DNA of 64,000 nt from Pseudogymnoascus verrucosus (lineage: Eukaryota), in the NCBI GenBank assembly GCA_001662655.1, contig KV460240.1; one strand, given 5' to 3'. Made by a program: the position numbers and the translations under genes. A model generated the notes under the pieces. The model did not search any database. It saw only the letters and a program-made list of their open reading frames with translations, and had not been told where the DNA came from. Of this stretch, positions 36,339 through 51,610 are shown piece by piece. Positions within the stretch are counted from its first letter, which is position 1; every line of letters begins with the position of its first letter.

Positions 36339-37732
36339 TTAGAGAGCGTTCAGAATAGCAGTGTAAGCTGCCTTAGGCTGGAAGTTCGCGTCAAAGAGAA
36401 GCGGGTTGCTGCTTGCTCTCCAAGAGTCTGGGTCACGCACACCCCAAACGGTCACACCGACACACTTGGCCTCGTTGAGGCAACCATTTACGACGTTGAC
36501 GTAATCAGTAGCCGCTGCACCTACAATGTCCAGCTCAGTGACAGCAACCTCGGAGACACCAGAAGCAGCGAGGACCTTGATGGCGGCTGCCAAACCAGCG
36601 CCACCACCAGCCTGGAGATGACCCTGAGTTCCGATGCCGTCAATTGGGACACCGGCAGCGATCCACTTCTTGACGTGAGCTACCATGCCGGTGGTGACCT
36701 TGGCATAAGTAGCAGTGTCCAAGTTGTAGTCGTTGATGTACAGCTTGGCGTTGGGGTCGGCAGCGCGTGCAGCCTTGAAGGCAATGCTGACGAAATCCTC
36801 CCCGAGGACCCTAGAGAATACAGAGTCGCGCATGGAGCCGTCCTCGTTAAAGATCTCATTGACGACATCCCATTGAAGGATCTTTCCCTTGTAGCGAGTC
36901 ACGATGGTGGTGACGTGGTTTTGGATGACGCTCGTCATTGTCGCCTTGTCCGTAATCGCACTCACCCATGATGGGAGCTGGCTGTGCCAGACTGAGAATG
37001 TTAGTCAAGACCACACAACGGCCAGTTTCGACAGAACTCACCCAGGGTGTGACCACGGATCAGCTTTCCGTTGGTCTGGGCCCAGTTCACCAAGTAATCG
37101 GCTCCAGTCCAGCCAAAGTTGCCTCGCGATGCTGCATACTGTCAGCTTTAATCAAGAGCCATGGTTCGGTTGACTCACGTTCAATGGAATCCCACTTCAT
37201 GCTGTTCTCCGGGGTGACTTGACCAAAGTCTGCCTGGATGATCGGAGCGCTTCCGCTGGTCAATCTGCCCTGGTCTGTGGCAGTGCCGATGTACTTCTTG
37301 CCGTGTGCCTTGAATCTTACATCGATGCTGCCGCTGGTGGAGCCGCCCCCTGTGTTGCCAGGGTTTGAGGCGGTCGTGGTCGGGGTGGTTCCAGGGTTGC
37401 TCGAGACTGGCGGAGCAGTACCTGGGAGGCACTGGGAGTACCCTAGAAAGATTAGAGTGGTTAAATTGGTTGAACGTCTAACGTACAGGCGCTATTATCA
37501 TTAGTTTCTGCGATTCAACTGACTACACATATAGACTTACTTGGAGAAGGTGCAAACGGAGCCTGACACGCAGGTTGTAGGACCAGTCCAGCCACTTCCA
37601 CCACCTGTATCTATCAGTTCAGCCCACATGTTCAAGACTTCAATACTCACATTGGCCCCAGACAGCGCTTTGCGCCATGGCAAGTGGCTGAATGGCGGCC
37701 GCAAGAGCGACCAAGGCTTTCATGCTCAGCAT
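36339..37732 (-). CDS. Secreted GH10 endo-1,4-beta-xylanase with N-terminal CBM1
   Basis: Signal peptide; [15 protein letters not shown]...[36 protein letters not shown]. Exons 37732-37651, 37604-37541, 37491-37487, 37442-37179, 37131-37042, 36991-36339. Confidence 0.96.
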
Positions 37733-37828
37733 CTTGAAGTATCTACAGTGAAAATATTTACAAGAGAATGCTAAAGCTGGGGAAGGGGAATGGAGAGGTA
37801 GACCTTACATATATATTTATACCAAGCC

Positions 37829-37866
37829 TTATATATTAACTTCTATATCCGGGTGTTATTAGCCGC
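37829..37866 (-). promoter_or_regulatory. TATA box and XlnR/Xyr1-type site upstream of the xylanase
   Basis: On the minus strand, CGGCTAATAA (~37865-37856) matches GGCTAA/CGGNTAAW, followed by TATATAA (~37835-37829). Confidence 0.65.
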
Positions 37867-39397
37867 ATCGCGACGGCGAGTCGGTATCACTGCCGAGCCA
37901 AGCCGGATGTGCAGGCCGCATCGCTGATTGTTTCAGGCTGATCTCCCGCTGACAACTTGCCTGCAAACCAGACCAGATCAAGAAGTTGCTCGGGGCGGCA
38001 TGTAGAGTGCACCATCGCAGTGCAGCCATGGCGTCAAGTTGGGCGGTCCATTCTCACCGTAATCGTTCCTGACGATGAGGGAAGAGGGCAAAGCGGGCGT
38101 GGCTGAGGCTTATTAAGCATATGACTAGAAGACGAGAACGAAAGGTTGAGGCTATCGCCATGCCATAATATGATCTCTCCTCGTCCCATAAATGCCGACA
38201 ACCACAACTCAGGAACGCGCACGCACCGCTCCGGTAACGTGGAAATAAGTCTTGGCAACCACTTTTGCCTGAGCGCTACCCCACGTTTTCGACCTTAATA
38301 TGCGGGAGAAGTCGAATAGAAGCGGCAGGGAAATAACGTTATTACCCAAATCATCGATGGGTTGCCCGCGTTGCATAATGCTTATAGTGGTAGGTGGATG
38401 CACTTCTCCCCGCATCACGCGCATTGTATCGTCTTTGACACCCTGTCAATGGATTTTCCGTCCAGACACTTCCCTTGCTGCCACCAAGGAGTAAACAAGA
38501 TCCCCACCCACTGACGATTTGTTCTCCATCTGTCCTGCCACGTTCCTTGTCTCAAGATGCGATCGAATGTGACGGTAACGGGCCAAAGGCCAAGGTTCAC
38601 GATCATCGACACCTCACACCACCACACTTCCCCTCAAAACCCGAACTCATCCGAAGCTGTAGAGTATAAATGCAGATATGAACCGTGGTGTAATCTAGAA
38701 GTGGCTGTTGCACATTTGGCTATATAATCCTTGGCACCTATCCAGAAGAGGGGTCGATTTGCGACCAATCGCAACCCAAGGAAATACGCTGGAACGTCTT
38801 CGCCTGCAATTATATTGCCCTTTAGATTAAATCAGCTCAAAAACAATCAATTTATTTGTGGAGTGTATGACCTGTGATGGAAAAGACAGAGAACAACCGA
38901 TGGTTGACCCGAAAGGCGCCAAAAATATCGTGTTTCCGGAAACCCAGAGCTGGAAATCGGAGTAATCCCTGGTCCCCATCCCCATATCTCCCGATCTTCC
39001 AGGTCTGTCCCAGAACGCTTCTCCGGGGTGCAAATCTGAGCCAAGAAGTGTGGATAAGAGTATATGACCATAAATTGATGGCGCTTGAAGTCGATTCGGT
39101 GGACAAACTTCATGTTATCCACCAGGCTCCCCACGGCTGAGCACTCAAGTTCAGTACCAAACAAACATCAAGAACACGATATATCAATATCAAGCACAAT
39201 TACAAAACCCAATCCATTCGCGCGTTCTATCCTACAGTACAGTAATATTACAGTATTCCACCCCTCCCTCCCAAGTCCCCAACTCCGAACCTCCCCACCC
39301 CACCCCTCATCCTCCTCTCCAGCTCGCCGTAACGGGTCCTCGGGCGAGGACTTTGGTGTCAGGGCCGCCGCCAGGCTCTTTCACCGCAGTTCCCACA

Positions 39398-42336
39398 TCA
39401 CCAATCGAGCTCGAGCTTCGGCATGGAAGCGGCAACTGCGTGCCGACTTCCACGCCGACGAGCCTCGAAGGTGACCCCACCTATCGTCACCGTCTCGACC
39501 TCGAGGTGAATGACAACTGGCTGTTGGCGGCAACCAGTTGCTTCGTGGCCCTCGAGGCCGGACCGTGACAAGGATGTCAGGGCCGAGGGTGGTACGCCGG
39601 CTCCCGTGAGCTCGGCGACCAAGTGAGAGTGGGCCGTGGAGGGAGCAGCCATGGTCAGTATGCCTCGTGCATACTCACCTCCACGATCCTGCTGGAGAGC
39701 AGGATCCTCCACAATTGATGTCAACTCCAGCTCGCGCTGGAGTGACGCGCGGGAGGTGACAGATGGTGGGGGCTTGGTATTGCCATGTCCCGCCGACTCA
39801 TCTTCACGACTTGGAGCTGGGCCAGTTCCAGGCTCCAAGTCCTCCGCGATTGACGTCGCGACGCCAGTTTCCGTCTGTGTTCCAATGGAACACGATATGA
39901 ACCCAGTGTCAGTCTGGGTCCCAACTGACACGCGAGACTCGACACTGGGTTTAACGGGCTTTGCGTCGCGACGGCTCTTCTTCTTCGAAGCCGCCGCTGA
40001 TGGCTCCGATGGCCGAGATACAGGGACCCACTCCTGTTGCTCAGGAAGAGGCGCGACCCATTTGCCGCGCCTCGGCTTGACATTCTCCTGAGCAACAGGA
40101 GACGAAAGTTGCGCCAAATGAGAAGGGCCGGCAGAGATCGGGTTTGCATTGTTCAAAGAAGGCTCCACCGAGCGAGGTAAGTTCGGAGACGCGTCGGCGA
40201 GGGGTGTGGCTTCATCATCCTCGTTGGAAGCAGGTCCGGAAGTCTGGCCTGTCGGGTGGTGTAGTTTCAGATGAACGCCAGCAACATTCCCGTCATTGGT
40301 CGCACTATCCGATGTAGTCTCTGAGACTTTCTCCAATGCTCGAGGTGGATTCAAAGACAGGTTGGTAGTCTCTGGAAGTGGTCCAGAGTCTGATGGGTTG
40401 GCCGAAGTCATTGAGATTCCAAGTGCTGATGCGCGGGATAAGGTTCGCATCCGAATAAAGTCAATGCTCTGACGCCTCTCCTCACGCCTCTCCTCCTTTA
40501 TGCTGGCTCGACGGGCTCTCACTTCTTCAAGGCTCGGTTGTGGTGGTTGCGCTCTCAACTCTTCAATAACCCGAGCTCTATCCTCGTTGGTGGACTGGGA
40601 CCCATGGGTTGATGCAATATGAGCTCCAGTGTGATTTGGACTGGAACTGGCGGCAGCAACGACCTGAGGAATTACTTGGACCTCCACTGGAGCGGCAGCT
40701 TGAAGGGTCACTGCATCTTTGACTGGGGCTTGGGAAGATGCTGTGCCTCCAGTTGGGGCATCAGTTTGAGAAGATGCTGTATGTCTAGCTGGGGCAACAG
40801 CTTGAGATTCTGATTTCTTGGCGATGCTTGTGCCTGTTGTAACAATAGTCGTCGATGAAATTGCTTCATTTCTGACAAGGGCTGAGACTGAATCTGAGAC
40901 TTCTGGGATTGTTTGGCCCTGAGTCAGCTGTCCAGCTTGGTCCTCGGATTGGGCAGTGGATTGAGAAGATTCCTGGCCATGGCTTGACGTGGATACACGA
41001 AGGTTTGTCTGGCGTTGGTTTGCAATAATACCTTTTCCGTCCTTGATCGGTTCAGGGGTTCTGGCTTCAGTTTTGTTTGTAGGTGCCTCTTCCAGAAGAT
41101 GAGTGACGTCGGGAGTCTCATCTATGGTAGGCTCGAGGTCATTGTCTTCAGTAAATGCCTCCAAAGTTTCCTCGACCTTTGTGGTCTCAACTGCTATCCA
41201 TTTAGTTAGAGCTACCCTCTATATCGATAGTTTTGGGATATTGGACTCACAATTAATCTCCGTAATCTCAGCTTGAATGGTGGCAGCACTGCTGGCTTCA
41301 CCGGCCTGTTCCACTCCACCAATCTTGCGCTTCGTCCTACGGCGCTTATTCTTGCCTGTTTTCCCTTTTGGTCGCTTTTGGATGGCCATGACTGGTTCAA
41401 GCCTTGAAAAGCCCCGACTCGACATCGGAATGACCTCCAAACCATAATATAGTTTCGAAATGTTGTTGAAATTCGGAAAGCCTGGATTTGTTCCTTCCAT
41501 GTTCACAATACAGTCCTGGGTATCATTGTTCAGACATGTCTGGATCAAGAATCGACGGTTGTCTTTCATAAACTGATGGAGGTCATCGTGAGTTGGAGAG
41601 ATGATTGGTGCCTCGTCATCAGTATTGGTCTTGCAGCAAAGTGTGTCGATTGAGTCATGCTCGATCTGAAGCGGCTCTGGGTCTTTAGTGGAGATTCCGG
41701 TAATGGTCTCGTTATGGGCCTTCATTCTATTGTAAAGAAAGTCCGTGCTCCATACAGTTTGGCCAAATGTAGTGCCAATGTAGATATAGGGAATGGTGGA
41801 GTTTGAAGACAGGAGGCGGTGGCTTGCAGAAAGACTTGAATTCTCATAACCCTATGATTATTAGTGAATAGGTTTCGTGTCTTCGGACAGCTATAACCTA
41901 CCTCAACCCAAATCCTGAGATCGATAAATCCCTCTGGCTCCCCCAACTTTTTCTCCAGTCTGATAGCTTGGTAGCCAGTTTGCTGCCAGAAAACTTCTGG
42001 TATGATGCAAGTAGTAAAGTTGTGGCCAATGTTGGCATCATACACTGTGTTTGCGTAGGAAGTCATAGTATCTACTGTGACTGGTGATACTGGTGCGATT
42101 CCTACAACGTGATTCCAAAGGAATGCCAAGAAGTTATTGTCAAGGTTCCCGGCAGCTGTTTTGTTTCTGTTGACAATCTGTTGTGAGAGGGCAATCCAGG
42201 CCCTGTTCAGGACACTGGCAGGTATGGCAAAGCCACTCGTATTAGTGATGTTCACAAAGGCTGGGATGTTCAGCTTTTCCTCTTCTGGTGCCTTGCCACC
42301 ACCTCCTTTGCTGCTAATAGTTGACATTGTTAGCAT
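39398..42336 (-). CDS. Orphan protein (~940 aa): globular-looking N-terminus, basic NLS-like patch, long S/T/P-rich tail
   Basis: Exons 42336-41902, 41851-41251 and 41193-39398 splice in frame via canonical introns (GTAGGT..CTAAT..TAG; GTGAGT..CTAAC..TAG). Start codon uncertain. Confidence 0.7.
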
Positions 42337-43769
42337 AATTGTAGAACAAGGTTGAGAAATAACTGTGAAGCAATTTGACAGAAATAAAGTCAAGAAAGCA
42401 GTGGAGTGGTATGTTGTTGGTGATGTTTGGGGCGTGGTGCCACCGAGGGATGATCTGGTCAAAAATGGCGATAGTGCAGTAGTGAGGTCAATCTGATTGA
42501 TAGATGTTCGGGATATCCATGTGCCAGTAAAGGTTGTATGAGGAAGTGTGGAAGGTGTAGGGGCAATCGGTAGATCGTAGGTCAGACGAGGCACTCTGCT
42601 CGAGTTTCCGGTGAAGGTGTAGGGGCAGTTCGCTTGGGTCACACGTCCAACTGTAGAAGCAACCGAAAGATTGCAGGTGAGAAGGACTGTCTGCTCTGGT
42701 TGCTAGGGAAGCTATTGCTCTTCTGGCGAATGAGAACGGGGGTGACCCCGGTCAAGACTCCCGCCAAACTGGCGGAGGCCACCGAGCCAGCGGGGATAGT
42801 GCTTTTAAATCGAATAGAGAACAAAATAAAACTATGAACTTACTTCTTTGCTTTCAAGTTCGAAGATAGGAAACGTTAGGAAACGTTGGCGTAGAAACGG
42901 TGCCGTTAGAAATTTTGGAAAAGGGTGAAGTTATACAAATCGAAGTAAACTTAACTATTATATCAGGGGCAATGTGCGGCATGAATACGCGAAACTATTA
43001 GCGTATCCTACACTACGTACGGTAAATATGATACTCCGATGCCGAGTTTATATTGTTTCCCTTAAAGCGGCCCATGACAAAGCGAGGTTTGGTTTGGCTC
43101 ATTAGTGAAATCCATGACAAGGCTTCTCGGCCTCGCTGGTATAAACCTGGCATCACATCTTGAACATTAGAAGGAAGTAAATAAATATATGCTTCCTCTT
43201 CCCTCGACTTTTATATCAAAGCCAGCCTTATGGTGTTACGGCCAGATAATGTGTAATGAAGAAAGGTATGGAGCATCCCTACCAGATGGGCTCGTTTGGG
43301 TATCAAATATGACAAAAGTGAATAGGAAATTACTGTACATTTAGCATATATAACTTAACTGTAATACATATTAACTGAAATTATGGCATCAAAAACATTA
43401 CAGGTGCAGTTGGTGAAGTGCCTCGATTGCATGGTGATAATATGTCGTTGGAGGTTGTTGGGATGCTTTGACGCGCGCTTCAACTACAAGCGCGCTTGTT
43501 GCTTTGGGTTAGCGCGGTTTGACATAGTTTATCGCAAAACCTCTCTTGAACAGTTTGACGATCTTCAACACCCTCTTTTGCCCAAGATACAAATTTAGCC
43601 GTCGCAAGCGCATATTTGAGCCAGGCCGCTATAGTGTTGATCTCATCTGTAGCTGGGGGGGGTTTTCTAGCAGTGTCTCTGTTGCGACGCTTTCATACCC
43701 AAAGCGAAAACCACACGAAGCAACAGTCTTGATCTACACCACAGCCTCACAAAGATCTATATTGCACTC

Positions 43770-45636
43770 ATGGCTGAACAACCGAGTATCACGTCTATTC
43801 TGGCGGCTTTAGGTGAGTTTCAGATAATGCAGATAAATGACGGCGCACTAACCATCATAGCTGCTCAACATGGTGGCACTTCACAGAACCAGCAGTCACC
43901 ACAGCCAGGGTATCAGGAACAGCAGTACCAACAACAACCACAGGGCCAACCTCAGCATGGATATTCGGCTACACAATACCCATTACCTCAGCCAACGCAC
44001 TCTGGCAACGTTGACCTCAGCAGCATAAAGCCGGTTAATTCTGGGACTGTTAGCATCGCAGATGCCATTGCAAAGGCAAAAGCCATAGCTGCAGAGAAAG
44101 GGCTGGCATATGAGAGGCCAGCATATGGTGCCGACCATAGGGCTGACGCGTCAATGTCGCACATACAACCTCGATCGCGATCAAGATCCCCGCCTCCTGG
44201 TCGCCGAGAGCCATTCCGCGACAACTACAACCCCTACCGAGACGAGCGGAGGCCTGATAGGATGCCTGTGGGGAGAGACCAATATGGTAGAGAACGCTCA
44301 TTTTCCCCAGCACCACGTGCTCGAGGTGCACAGGAGACATTCTCACCCCCTCGGGCTGGTAATGCGGGGTATAATGTTCGCGAGAGATCACCAATCGGCA
44401 GAGGTGGAGGAGGAGGAGGTGACGGCGATAACTCCGAGATAATCACGATAGAGTCTAACCTTGTTGGTCTTATTATTGGCAGACAAGGCGAAAATCTTAG
44501 ACGTGTTGAGGCTGAAACCGCTTGCCGTGTCCAGTTCATTCCCATCTCCGAGGAGAATGGCCCATTCCGCCAGTGTAAAATCAGTGGTCCGCGAGCACGC
44601 CGAGCAGAAGCTATTGCAGAAATCAACCGCATTATTGACGATAGCGGTATGGGAAGCGGTGCTCGAGCCGGAGCAGATCGTCAGGGAAGAGATGCCGCCC
44701 CAGCTCGTGCTAGCTCACACCAACCAGCACTACGCGATGGTGAAGATAGTATGCAAATAATGGTCCCTGACAGAACTGTGGGCCTCATCATTGGCCGCGG
44801 CGGTGAGACTATCCGTGATCTACAGGAAAGGAGTGGATGTCATGTCAATATTGTGGGCGAGCAAAAGAGCGTCAATGGCTTGAGACCAGTCAATCTTATC
44901 GGTTCGCGTGAAGCTGCAGCCCAAGCAAAGGATCTAATTATGGAGATTGTAGAAAGCGACAGCAAGAGCATGGCTGAAAAAGGCCGTGCTCCTCCTCCAC
45001 AAAGGGAGCCTGCCAGAGATGTTAACTACGGTGGGGCGAGCGGAGGTGCTGATAAGGTCAACGACTCAATATATGTTCCTTCGGAAGCTGTCGGCATGAT
45101 TATTGGAAAGGGAGGCGAAACTATCAAAGACATGCAGAACACCACAGGCTGCAAGATCAATGTAACACCTTCATCTGGCCCTGGCGAGGTCGAGCGTGAG
45201 ATTGGCTTGGTTGGATCCAGAGATTCAATTGAGAGAGCTAAGCTGGCGATTGAAGACAAGGTAGAGGCCGTGGTAAGTCCTATCGCATTTTTTCTTTCGA
45301 AAATCTAGCTAACTGTTGTAGCAATTAAAGAATGGAGGAGGTGGTGGTCGGAACAAACCTCCCCAGAATGATCAGGGAGATCGCAGCTATTCCCAGCAAG
45401 CTTATGGAAGTGCCCAAGGACAGCCTCAATCACAACAAGGGCAAGCTCCAGCAGCGACAGGGGGCGAAGACCCATACGCAGCATGTAAGTACGGCCTTTC
45501 AAACTCACTAGATACCCACTGATTAGATATAGATGGCGGTTATCAAGCATATGTTGCACTTTGGTACCAAGTCATGGCTGCTCAACAAGGCGGCCAAGCA
45601 CCAGGCGGCCCGTCACAACCGCCAGGAACTTCCTAA
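43770..45636 (+). CDS. Three-KH-domain RNA-binding protein (FUBP/KHSRP-like)
   Basis: VGLIIGRQGE, VGLIIGRGGE, VGMIIGKGGE; C-terminal DPYAAYGGYQAYVALWY. Introns near 43813-43860, 45273-45321 and 45485-45532. Confidence 0.92.
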
Positions 45637-46646
45637 TCCCCGCCCAGACACACCATTGCCACTCTTCGGACATCGACACTATCTTGACTGCTTGACTGCA
45701 TGATTTGATTATTGAGACTCGCCTGACCGAAACTGCACACTGAGACTGTGATGCCAGCACTGGCTGGTATGACATACATGATTGCATGCACTTGTTGATC
45801 GTTATGAAGCTGCTGAAGATTGATGCCGCAACTCCAAGCTACAGGTCCTCGGCCACGACATGATCCATTGATGATGCCCCTCTTGGTAGCCAGATCGACT
45901 TTGTGGTTTTCTTGACCTGGATGACCCATATGACTGCCTGACATGCTTTACTGGCCGTTAGAATGCACCATGACCGCAATGATACTCCCCGGAGTTCTGT
46001 CTACATCCTGGGCTCCGCTAACAATATCTACAAGCACTTCATGCCGGTGTTACAGTTGGATGGAAACGGTTGCATTGCTGGTGATATTAAATGCCCTGGT
46101 ACGGTGGCCCTGTTGCCTTTTTCGTTCGTCAAGGACGCCGCCTATTGACGCCGATCACAAATCCTCTCATTTTCAATTGGACTTGTCAATGGAATGAGAA
46201 CTGACTGCATGATTTTACGGGTCCGAGGACGAGTATATATCTGCACAGAGTAAGTGGTCGGCATCGTGGTCGTCTTTTGCTATGCGAATATGTATATTGT
46301 AGGATTATTAGTTTTGCGCAATGAACATGAAGTTTCTCCAATTCCAACGTATATAAAACGACTTCTAAAGAGCAATCGGAGAGCTTAGATGTGAGAGTCC
46401 TCTGTGTCATGATAGTGAATGTGACAAGTCATGTGACGTATGTTTTTGTAACGCCTCAGGCTGACATCGCCCTTCGAAAAGTTGAAGCTCCAAACCGCGA
46501 TTGACGAACATATCATCCCAGTCTTCCATGATCTGGACTATGAAAAGAAACTAAGAAATATCTTCAAAACGTGTCAATTACGTCAATAACAACAAGAATC
46601 AAAGTTTACAGCACAAATTGCATTGTCCACCGAAGTTACAGCCATC

Positions 46647-48126
<1,480 letters not shown>

Positions 48127-49105
48127 TTTCGAAATTTGGGGCGGAAAGGAGTCTCGGAAAGGAAAACGGCGTTCAGATGAGTGATACGAAGATGCTGTCT
48201 CTGTATACTAGGCGAGAGGTGCAGATTTTAACAGAGTACGATAGATAATAAGAATACCACGTGGAAATTTATCCAGCCGTTTGGTTTATTTGCCCACGGA
48301 GATATGTCGACCACTCAAAGTTGGAGAGTTGCAGATATGCAGATGTGCAGATCGGAGCGATACAGCCATCCGTTTATATTTACAGATTTAACGAGGAACG
48401 GGCGGAATGAGCACTTACCATCCGTTTGCGGGTACTCTATACACTCCACATTCCACGGACCAACATATACCAAACGCAAGTTTTGAGCCGCATGTCGGAC
48501 GCGTTTCTTTCATGTACCACCCAGCCAATCGAATAAAATGTCCCTGGCCGGCCAGCCCTGGTGCTATTACTTCTGTTGGCATTGGTTAACTCCTCTATTT
48601 TGATTGCTTTCTCCATTGTGAAGCTATCCAGCCCATGGTAACCTCGTCCGTATGGCAGCCTATCCGCATACATGTCTCGCTTTGTAGCAAATGGACCAGT
48701 TGCTGCTTGTATCGATGCCAGTGCTCTGCGGTATACTATGATTTTCTTTGTCCAGAACCAGGTTTTGACGCTTATCTGCCGAGACATAAGGGGGCAAGAG
48801 GTGTGCAGAAAACAAAGAATCTGCTAGTTGTGAGTTGAAGCTTTAGACAAAGGTTTTATTGTGCACAATATCCTTTCATTGAGATTGTTCCCATTGATTT
48901 CTTTTCTGGCTTGTAATGGTTATTTTTCATTCATCGCTATTCTAGTTTACGCTTTGTTATTGTTTCTGTGATAAGGGCCTTTTAACGAGAAAGCTTTCTG
49001 CGAGAATCGATTCTGAGATGCTTTACTAAATTCTGTTGGGAATATCCCGTCTTCGGCATTGCTGCGTTTGCGATTTTCATTATCACCCGTACAGTGGATC
49101 TAGCC

Positions 49106-51358
49106 ATGGCCGAGGGAGAATCAACTTCTCTTTCGAGCACTCAGATGAGAGACCTTCCAAGATCACCAACGATTATATCTCCATCTTCCTCCAGGAAAGA
49201 CTCCCTCAGATCATCCAACAATACTGAGAAGGAGTCGGCGCCCTCACCGCCACTCACTCGTTTGATGAAGAAGCGGGCGGCGTCTCTCGACACTGATGCT
49301 GCCAACAATCCCTCAATTGCGAACCTCTCTCTCCACAGTGCCAGCCTCGAAAGCCCACGGACTGATTCAAATAACCAAGTCTGTCTCTGCCAACCTGATC
49401 CAAAGATCCCCCGACCACGAAACGGTACGTACAAACTATACCCTCTCTTCTGCCATGTTTGTCGTTTATGGGTCAAGTGCTCGCTGTCGCCTTTGTTTCG
49501 TTTGTAGGTTTGATTGGACACTGATAGCTAATTACTCTTTGAAGCTTTTATTCTTTATCGTCAACACTATCAAGGGCAAGTCATTGCACAAAATCCAGGA
49601 CTTGCCAACCCAGAGATATCAAAGATCATCGGAGCACAGTGGCGAGAGCAATCTATTGAAACCAAAAACGAATGGAAGAGACTAGCCGAGGTTCGTGAAG
49701 GCCCCGGAACCCTCATGAGAGAATTAGAGCTGACAAGAACACTTTAGGAAGAAAAGCACAGGCACCAGCGTCAATATCCAGACTACAGATATCAACCCAG
49801 ACGACCAGGAAAGCTCAACGGCCCTCGACCAGCAGCATCGCCTGACGACCCCTTGAGGTGTCCAAAGTGTAACGGTCGATATTTCTCAACACCAGGCACG
49901 CCTCTTACACCATTGCCACCTACCCCATCGATAGGAAACTACAACGATAAACCTGTCCAGCCGTTCTCACGTGCGATGGACCGCGAGGGTCGCTACACCA
50001 CAGACTCGCCAGGGCCCTTTCAAGATTTTCGAACTGGCCCTCCCTATCCACAGCCACACAACCGCCGCCCACAATTACATATTGAGGAAACAGGAAGTCA
50101 GTGGCACGATTCAGACACTGAGGTGGTTCAATCCCCGCGTGCTAAGCGTCAAAGGCCCAACGACAATCCAAATCCATACCCCTATCCCACTCAATCATGG
50201 CCAAACGGGCCACAACGTATATCACGCGTCCCCATGTCAGCAGTAGCCTATGAGCCTGCCCGAATTCCCAATCAACGCGTCGTGGCATATCACCATCATG
50301 GACACCATGGGATGATGGAGCCGCCTCCCCGGTCTACACCAATCAGCGGACAATTTCCTCCTCATACACCTAGCCATGTACGGCCTCAGAACATGGATGA
50401 CCTGCGTTTGCCGCCTCTGCAGACCAAGATCCCTATTCCAGGATCCGCGCAAGTACAGCAGCATCAATTTCACGGGCAACAACAGCTACTACGGAATAGT
50501 ATCAGCAACTCACAATCCGTTGAGGCTATGGTCATGACGATCCCATTCCTCAACAAGATCCGCGTCCTTGCCAAAATCGCTCCACCGCTGGCAGCACCAG
50601 GACCCACGAGTCCAACGCAAGAAGTTCGCGGTCCAGTCGTTGCAGTAGAAGGAACAAACCAAAAGCTCGTCGCTGAGGTGGGGGAATACATCGAAGACTG
50701 TCTGAAACAGAAAGCAGAATGCCTTGTCAAAACATGGACCAGCGACTCTCAAACTCCCTCGAGGCGCTCGGAATCAACACCAACCGACATTTCCATGTCC
50801 GGCACTGAGAACGGCGTTCCAGTGCCAGCCGGTATCACAAGCAACATCCAGAGCAGAGGCCCAATAATCGACTACCTCGAAGCAATAGGCACCTGGCACT
50901 CCAAGTCCGCCGAGATCCGCAACTTCATCTCCACGCGCCCCGCACCCACAACCCCTCCCAAATCCCCAGAGGGAACCCCCAAATCACCAGCCCCCACCTC
51001 AGCTCCGCGCCTCCCTATCGCGCTGCTACCGAGAGGTTTCTCACTTTCCCTCTCAGACCGAGCTGCGATCCATATCCCTATCAACGACGCATATGCGCCG
51101 GTGGACCATTGGCAGTGGATGGCTACCTTGTGGCGGGGTATCATTGGCGTGGATCTCACGGTGTATGTGTGCAGTGGGGCGATCGGGGACGAGGATGGAA
51201 GCCGGGGAGTGCATCCGGGTATGGGGGGGGTGGAGGTTAGGAATGATGCGAGGGCTATTGTTGTTTACGCTCCAAGTGGGAAGTTGGAGGATAAGTGGTT
51301 GCGGAGGGTTGGGTTTGAGGTTGCTGAGTTTGTGATTGGAGGAGGGTTGAAGGGGTAG
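49106..51358 (+). CDS. HMG-box transcription factor (Rox1/Rfg1-like)
   Basis: KIPRPRN|AFILYRQH...NPEISKIIGAQW...W.RLAE|EEK.RH..QYPDYRYQPRR across two introns. C-terminal DHWQWMATLWRG. Confidence 0.9.
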
Positions 51359-51610
51359 AGTTGTTTTTTTTTGGTCTGGGGAGCGAGGTTAAGTGAGGCG
51401 TCGTGTTTTAATTTTCTAGAATTGTGTTTTTTATTAAATTGGATAATTAATGAAGCTTTGTTTTAATACTTGTAAACCTGGACCTTCATATTTTACATGT
51501 ATATCACGAAAAATAATCAAATAATAATAGTTCATTATATTCCGAAAATACCCCTTGAAATTCCTACAAATGAGATCTAAATGTATGATGCAAGTGTGCT
51601 ACTAGGTAAC

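Noticed and set aside
41722..42642. ATGA/GTGA stop-start overlaps between consecutive minus-strand ORFs, resembling viral translational coupling or an endogenous virus
   Set aside because: A canonical intron (41901-41852) joins the frames, and no viral motifs are seen.
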